Assembly: GCA_050293845.1 (NCBI GenBank)
Contig: JBNKNM010000080.1
Span: 1-21,985 of the forward strand
DNA length: 21,985 nt
DNA from: Pseudobacteriovorax sp.
GTDB lineage: Bacteria > Bdellovibrionota_B > Oligoflexia > Oligoflexales > Oligoflexaceae
Reading direction: 5' to 3'
The notes under the pieces were generated by a model. It was not told the DNA's origin, did not search any database, and saw only the letters and a list, made by a program, of their open reading frames with translations. Of this stretch, positions 17,013 through 21,985 are shown in pieces. Position numbers and translations under genes: made by a program. Position 1 is the first letter of the stretch. Each line of letters opens with the position of its first letter.

Positions 17013-18584
17013 ATGACCGTTGTCAAATCATCTAATAGGGGAATTTTCGCAAAATTTTTAAAATTTGTTGAGTGGGCTGGAAATCTACTGCCTCACCCTG
17101 TAACTCTGTTCGCCCTATTTTGTGTGGCTATCGTTTTGATTAGCTTTCTATGTCAAATATTTGGAGTTGAAGTTGCCGATCCTCGCACTACGAATGCAAG
17201 TATTGCCGCAAAAAGCCTGTTGAGTCCTGAAGGGCTACGCTGGATGATTACCAGTTGTGTCAAAAATTTTACCGGCTTTGCTCCCCTGGGTACCGTTTTG
17301 GTCGCAATGCTTGGCGTTGGAGTAGCTGAGAGTTCAGGGCTGCTTTCAACTGCTATACGTAGCTCTGTTCTTCGTGCTCCCAGTCATCTTGTTTGTCCCA
17401 CCCTCGTTTTCGCTGGGGTCTTGTCAAACGTAGCTTCGGAGATGGGATATGTAGTTATGGTACCATTAGGAGGTTTTATCTATCTTGCCTTAGGTCGCCA
17501 TCCTTTTGCGGGAATGGCTGCGGTTTTTGCAGGGGTGTCTGGAGGATATAGCTCTAATCTATTAATCTCCACCGTGGACCCACTTTTGTCAGGAATAACC
17601 CAAGAGGCAGCCCGGCTGATCCAGGCTGACTATAGCGTGCATCCAGCCGTTAACTGGTATTTCATGGCATCAAGCTGCTTTATTATTACGGGGTTGGGCT
17701 GGTGGATATCGGTAAAGATAGTCGAACCTAACCTAGGCACTTACGAAAGTGGTTACGGTGATATTAAAAAGGGCGCAGAGAAAGAATATCTCAATGGACT
17801 GACTGCGAAAGAAAAAAAAGGACTTATCTATAGTAGCCTTTCAGTTTTCGGCATGGCGGTTATCGTTTTGGTACTGCTCCTACCAGAAAACGGCCTACTA
17901 CGTGATCCTAGCAATGGCGGAACCATTCTGAAGTCTGCCTTTTTAAAAGGTATTGTAACTTTTTTATTTATATTCTTTCTGGTCCCATCGACAATCTACG
18001 GATTTATCGTCGGCAAATTTAAATCCACAAATGATATCATCGACGGCATGAGTCAAGCCATGCGTGATTTAGGACTGTATATTGTCCTCGTTTTCTTCGC
18101 GGCTCAGTTTATAGCCTACTTTAAATGGACAAACCTTGGTTTTATTACCGCTGTTATCGGCGCAGACTTTTTGCAGAATATCGGATTAACGGGCATCATT
18201 GTTTTTATCCCATTTATTCTGATGTGTGCTGTAATCAACTTAACCCTTGGCTCAGCCTCAGCCCAATGGGCCGTTACGGCTCCTGTTTTCGTGCCTATGC
18301 TCATGCTTTTAGGCTATAGTCCCGAAGTCATTCAAGCGGCTTATCGCATCGGTGATTCGACGACTAATATTATCACACCCATGATGTCATACTTCGGCTT
18401 GATCCTTGCTTTTGCCCATCGCTTCGATAGGCGACTAGGTATTGGTACCATCATTAGTACCATGGTCCCTTATTCGATCGCATTCCTGTTGGGCTGGACA
18501 ATTTGGTTCTACCTATGGGTTTTTGTTTTCAACTTACCCGTTGGTCCTGGTGCCCCGACTTTCCTTCCTTCGTTGGTGCCGTAA
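17013..18584 (+). CDS. abgT: AbgT-family transporter (p-aminobenzoyl-glutamate / YdaH-MtrF type)
   Basis: E..GN.LPHPVTLF, NFTGFAPLG.VLVAMLGVGVAE, GRHP.AG..A.FAGVSGGYS.N, SASAQW and Q.AYRIGDS.TNIITPMM motifs. Confidence 0.93.
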   Translation: MTVVKSSNRGIFAKFLKFVEWAGNLLPHPVTLFALFCVAIVLISFLCQIFGVEVADPRTTNASIAAKSLLSPEGLRWMITSCVKNFTGFAPLGTVLVAMLGVGVAESSGLLSTAIRSSVLRAPSHLVCPTLVFAGVLSNVASEMGYVVMVPLGGFIYLALGRHPFAGMAAVFAGVSGGYSSNLLISTVDPLLSGITQEAARLIQADYSVHPAVNWYFMASSCFIITGLGWWISVKIVEPNLGTYESGYGDIKKGAEKEYLNGLTAKEKKGLIYSSLSVFGMAVIVLVLLLPENGLLRDPSNGGTILKSAFLKGIVTFLFIFFLVPSTIYGFIVGKFKSTNDIIDGMSQAMRDLGLYIVLVFFAAQFIAYFKWTNLGFITAVIGADFLQNIGLTGIIVFIPFILMCAVINLTLGSASAQWAVTAPVFVPMLMLLGYSPEVIQAAYRIGDSTTNIITPMMSYFGLILAFAHRFDRRLGIGTIISTMVPYSIAFLLGWTIWFYLWVFVFNLPVGPGAPTFLPSLVP

Positions 18585-19026
18585 GGAATTCGGATCAAAT
18601 AAAAAGTACAGAATCATGGAATTGTCAGTGACTAACTCGGCTTCACCATATCCTCGGGCATCAATGGTCAAACCACCGCTTCCAACCTTAATTCGGCGAG
18701 GTCACTTTAGATGACGTCCAACTGCTTAGGAGAAGTAGCTATTCCATTCGGACAAAAGAACGACGGTTCTTAGAAAAGGTCGCATATATGGGAGTAATCA
18801 ATTTTTTCTTCAAAATTCCTTATCCGCACCCCAATCGGGTTGAGGTGCAACTCTACCTTCTAACAAGTTTTGGTCTCTGGTTAAAGTCACAATTGATGCA
18901 ACTTTTTCAGTGTTACTTGGTGGTTACGCAAGGTTTGCCATGCGTTCCTCCTTCACGATGAACCGAAAGACATTTCTCTTAAACAATTCATGTTTATTGT
19001 GATCGCCAAATACCGATGCTGGTGCC

Positions 19027-19053
19027 TACAATTCCTTAAAAAATAACCGATCA
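19027..19053 (+). promoter_or_regulatory. Possible sigma28-type promoter for the cytochrome c-MCP operon
   Basis: TACA-N15-ACCGATCA about 35 nt upstream of ATG 19087; a second ACCGATGC lies at 19012-19019. MCP genes are commonly FliA-dependent. Confidence 0.4.
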
Positions 19054-19086
19054 AGGAAAAGACCATTTTATAAAAAAGGGTAGCTC

Positions 19087-19425
19087 ATGAGTAAATACAT
19101 AAAAACAACCATCGCTATTTCTTTTTTCTGCTATGTTGGCTTCGTGCCTGAGATTTGTTCTGCAAACAACCCACCTCAAGGCGATGCCTTAATAGGTAAA
19201 ACAAAAGCCACCGTTTGTATTGGCTGTCACAGCCCCAACGGTGTTAGTCAGATCCCAGACATCCCCAACCTTTGTGGACAGAAATATCATTACTTGGTTA
19301 AGGCTCTAACGGCCTATAAAAACAAAGCCAGAGAAGACATCACAATGAATGCTCTTATTGCAGATAAAAGTGACGAGGATATCAGGGATCTGTCCGCATT
19401 CTACTCTAATATAAGGTGTCCTTGA
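19087..19425 (+). CDS. Class I monohaem cytochrome c (c553/c4-like)
   Basis: Signal peptide; GD...GK.KA..CIGCH...G......PNL.GQ...YL..AL..YK...R....M pattern. Confidence 0.92.
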   Translation: MSKYIKTTIAISFFCYVGFVPEICSANNPPQGDALIGKTKATVCIGCHSPNGVSQIPDIPNLCGQKYHYLVKALTAYKNKAREDITMNALIADKSDEDIRDLSAFYSNIRCP

Positions 19426-21155
19426 TGGACTCTTTGGTTAAAAAAGCACACACAAAAAGCCTGCGCTTTAAGCTTTTCGGGGGGTTCCTTGCGACAGTTG
19501 GCCTACTTATGATCGTTGAAATCATAGGTATCTACAGCACACAAAAGATTCACAAGGAAATCAATGTTTTTTATAAAGTCAACCCACTCGTTGGAGCTGC
19601 TAAAAATGCGCAGTTGTCAGTCGCAAAAGATCAAAATTTGATGATCTCAATGCTTGCTGCCGACTCAAGACAAGAACTTCAGGAACTATGGACTGAGCAT
19701 AGGGGCTTAGACAAGCAATTTACAGTGCAGATCGATGCGATGCTGAATGGAGGCAAAATCAAAGGTGTAAATGTCTATGCAACTCAAGATGAAAAGCTGC
19801 GTGATCTTCTTAAAAATGCCATCAATTTTCACAAACAAGAGTTTCTTCCACGCATCTATGGCATTTTTCTTCTCAAAGATCGAGTACTCTACGAAAAAGA
19901 GGAAGGTATCAACGTAAATATCCCAGGGCGCAATCAAGCCATTCACAAACAAGTCAAACTTATTGATGTCGAAGCCAACTCTATAGCCAGTCGAATGAAT
20001 ACGATTTTGAATGAAATAGAAAATTCATCCCAGAAAGAACTAACCAGGACACGCACCTATCTAGAGAAATTAGTCTCAAGTACCGTATCCAACGCGCTTC
20101 TTGGGGGTGCCATCTTCTTAATCGTTTCTCTTGTTCTGGCTCTATCAATTACGAACTCCCTCACTCGTCCCATCAGTCAAACGATTTCTCAACTCAAGGG
20201 AGCCTCTAGTGACCTTGCGATGGTTTCTTCACAAATTGCAAGCTCTAACGAGAAGCTCTTAGATGGTACCTCTCAGCAAGCTACAGCTACTGAAAAAACA
20301 AGCTCAGCTATTTCTGATATCGGTAGTATGGTGGAAAGGAATGTCGACTCAACGACAACACTTAGAGATGTCGTAATTAAGAACGAAAATATGGTTTCAA
20401 GTGGAAAAAACTCCGTCAAGGAAATGGTGGCATCCATAAACGAAATCAATGATCAGAACACAGAAGTGAGTCGACAGATGGAGACCAATGCTCGACAGCT
20501 TCAAAACATTACACAGATTATTGGAGAAATTAACGATAAAACTAAAATCATTGATGAAATCGTCTTCCAAACTAAAATACTTTCATTCAATGCTTCGGTT
20601 GAAGCTGCACGTGCAGGTATACACGGCAAAGGTTTCTCTATTGTCGCTGCTGAGATCGGCAATTTGGCAAAAGTGTCTGGCAATGCTTCAAAAGAGATCA
20701 GCGCCTTATTAGAACAAAGCACTGAAAAAATTAATAGCATCTCCACTGAATCCAGCAAACAAGTTTCCGAGCTCATCCAGATGGCCAAATCAACTGTGGA
20801 AAAAGGTATACTTAGAGCTGATGATTGCCAAAAGGCATTAGATAATATCCTTGTTGGCGCGAATTCAGTGCATGAAATGGCTGAACTTATTGCAAACTCC
20901 TCTAAAGAACAAGCGCAAAGGGCGCAAGAGATCAATGACTCGATGAAAGACCTCAACTCAGTTACTCGGGATAACTCCTCTCTGACAGAAGCATCAGTGC
21001 AGTTTACGGATAATCTGCTGACGCATTCCTCTAATCTTTTCAAAATCGTCCAACGTATGTCCGTACTTCTTTATGGTCTTCGTAAAGAAGACAATGCTCC
21101 TGAAGAAGATCCGGTAAAACCACAGCTAGATTCGAAAACCCAAGATGCCGCATAA
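19425..21155 (+). CDS. Methyl-accepting chemotaxis protein (two TM, helical periplasmic sensor)
   Basis: Two TM helices flank a periplasmic domain; hairpin tip IDEIVFQTKILSFNASVEAARAGIHGKGFSIVAAEI. ATG 19425 overlaps the cytochrome stop (TGATG); an alternative GTG start is at 19416. Confidence 0.95.
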   Translation: MDSLVKKAHTKSLRFKLFGGFLATVGLLMIVEIIGIYSTQKIHKEINVFYKVNPLVGAAKNAQLSVAKDQNLMISMLAADSRQELQELWTEHRGLDKQFTVQIDAMLNGGKIKGVNVYATQDEKLRDLLKNAINFHKQEFLPRIYGIFLLKDRVLYEKEEGINVNIPGRNQAIHKQVKLIDVEANSIASRMNTILNEIENSSQKELTRTRTYLEKLVSSTVSNALLGGAIFLIVSLVLALSITNSLTRPISQTISQLKGASSDLAMVSSQIASSNEKLLDGTSQQATATEKTSSAISDIGSMVERNVDSTTTLRDVVIKNENMVSSGKNSVKEMVASINEINDQNTEVSRQMETNARQLQNITQIIGEINDKTKIIDEIVFQTKILSFNASVEAARAGIHGKGFSIVAAEIGNLAKVSGNASKEISALLEQSTEKINSISTESSKQVSELIQMAKSTVEKGILRADDCQKALDNILVGANSVHEMAELIANSSKEQAQRAQEINDSMKDLNSVTRDNSSLTEASVQFTDNLLTHSSNLFKIVQRMSVLLYGLRKEDNAPEEDPVKPQLDSKTQDAA

Positions 21156-21456
21156 TCGGCTTTCCTTGGAGTCATTGCTTCGATCTTAACAAAGGCTTTG
21201 GTGCAACTACGAGGTAAAAGTAAGAAACCTTTTTGATCTATGAAAAGCCTAAGCAACGACCCCAAAGACTTCTTGATAGTTCTAGCATTTTTTGGATTCG
21301 AATCTATAATCGAATAACTATTAAATGATTGACATGATATTTAATACTACCCTATATTTATAGGTTCCTTGTGTAGCCTTTCCCCGAAGGGTAGGTGGTC
21401 AACTTCTCTCTTTCTCTCATTGTAGAGCCTTAAATTGCGGGGCAGCTAAAAGTCGA

Positions 21457-21827
21457 ATGAAGATTGGCGAAAGCTTTATCGTAAAAGAAAAGAAGACTGG
21501 AAAAACTAGGTATGTGACAATCAACGAATCTGTCTTCCTTGTCCTGAACGACTATCTTGAAGTGAGACAGCGAACAAAACCCAATTGTCCATTATTTTAT
21601 CGCGGAAGGGTGGAGTAGGCCTTACTGTTCCTTCGCTCCACCGGATGGTCAAGTCTTGGTACAAAGAGGCAAGGCTCAAGGGAAACTATGGCAGCCACAC
21701 TCTTCGCAAGACTTTTGGCTACCATCAGCAGGTTACTTTTAAAATTGAATTGCCAATTTTACTGACTATTTTTGTCCATTGCTCGAAAAAGCAGACGCTT
21801 TCTCATCTTGGTGTGATGGCGATTTAA
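21457..21827 (+). pseudogene. Tyrosine recombinase/integrase remnant (truncated, frameshifted)
   Basis: Frame from 21457: KEKKTGKTRYVTIN...YLE...PLF. After a 1-nt loss in the T-run at ~21595-21598 it continues LSRKG...GSHTLRKTFGYH...FVHCSKKQTLSHLGV. The N-terminal catalytic Arg region is absent and the catalytic Tyr position reads His. Confidence 0.8.
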
Positions 21828-21931
21828 GCTGCGATTTGAAAATTTGTCACTAAGCTGCCGAGCGTTTTAGTTTTTCGTATTAGCATATTCTCAAAGTCCA
21901 GAATTTTACTGTTGGCTAGTACAGCCTGATC

Positions 21932-21953
21932 AGGAATTTGACCACAAATTCCT
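21932..21953. repeat. Perfect 9-bp inverted repeat
   Basis: AGGAATTTG-ACCA-CAAATTCCT. Could be a terminator or a protein-binding site; function unknown. Confidence 0.4.
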
Positions 21954-21985
21954 TGGTGTGGCCGCATCTTGTTATAGAAGTCTTG

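Noticed and set aside
3014..21265. Numerous short overlapping or antisense ORFs in the track (e.g. 3014, 7605, 9842, 13586, 15474, 18116, 20501)
   Set aside because: They overlap well-supported genes on the opposite strand or in another frame and show no motifs of their own.
21370..21400. Hairpin CCC-CGAA-GGG region as an ncRNA or riboswitch
   Set aside because: It is a single short stem with no recognisable family motif.

Overview
Bacterial chromosomal window, probably Bdellovibrionota/Oligoflexia-like (inferred from gene families only). The left third (1-7451) holds the main candidate system. A flagellar-type motA-motB pair plus a PEGA lipoprotein is transcribed divergently from a tightly coupled six-gene envelope operon: lipoprotein, secreted protein, two probable outer-membrane beta-barrel proteins, TPR lipoprotein, and a >=400-aa ORF missing from the ORF track. 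That ORF reads as signal peptide / FliF ring-building-motif-like periplasmic domain / TM helix / FliG middle-domain-like region. No flagellar rod, hook, export or switch genes are in the window, suggesting a flagellum-independent rotary envelope machine. The rest contains a DUF3025-like protein, a membrane protein, a CLC-CBS transporter, an uncharacterised di-haem cytochrome c, a His-brace (LPMO-like) secreted protein paired with an FN3 lipoprotein (the FN3 fold appears split across the two genes), a gene pair with a sigma28-type promoter, a tandem USP with a sigma54-type promoter, an AbgT transporter, a cytochrome c coupled to an MCP, and decayed IS6 and tyrosine-recombinase relics. All family assignments are by eye from motifs; no searches were run.
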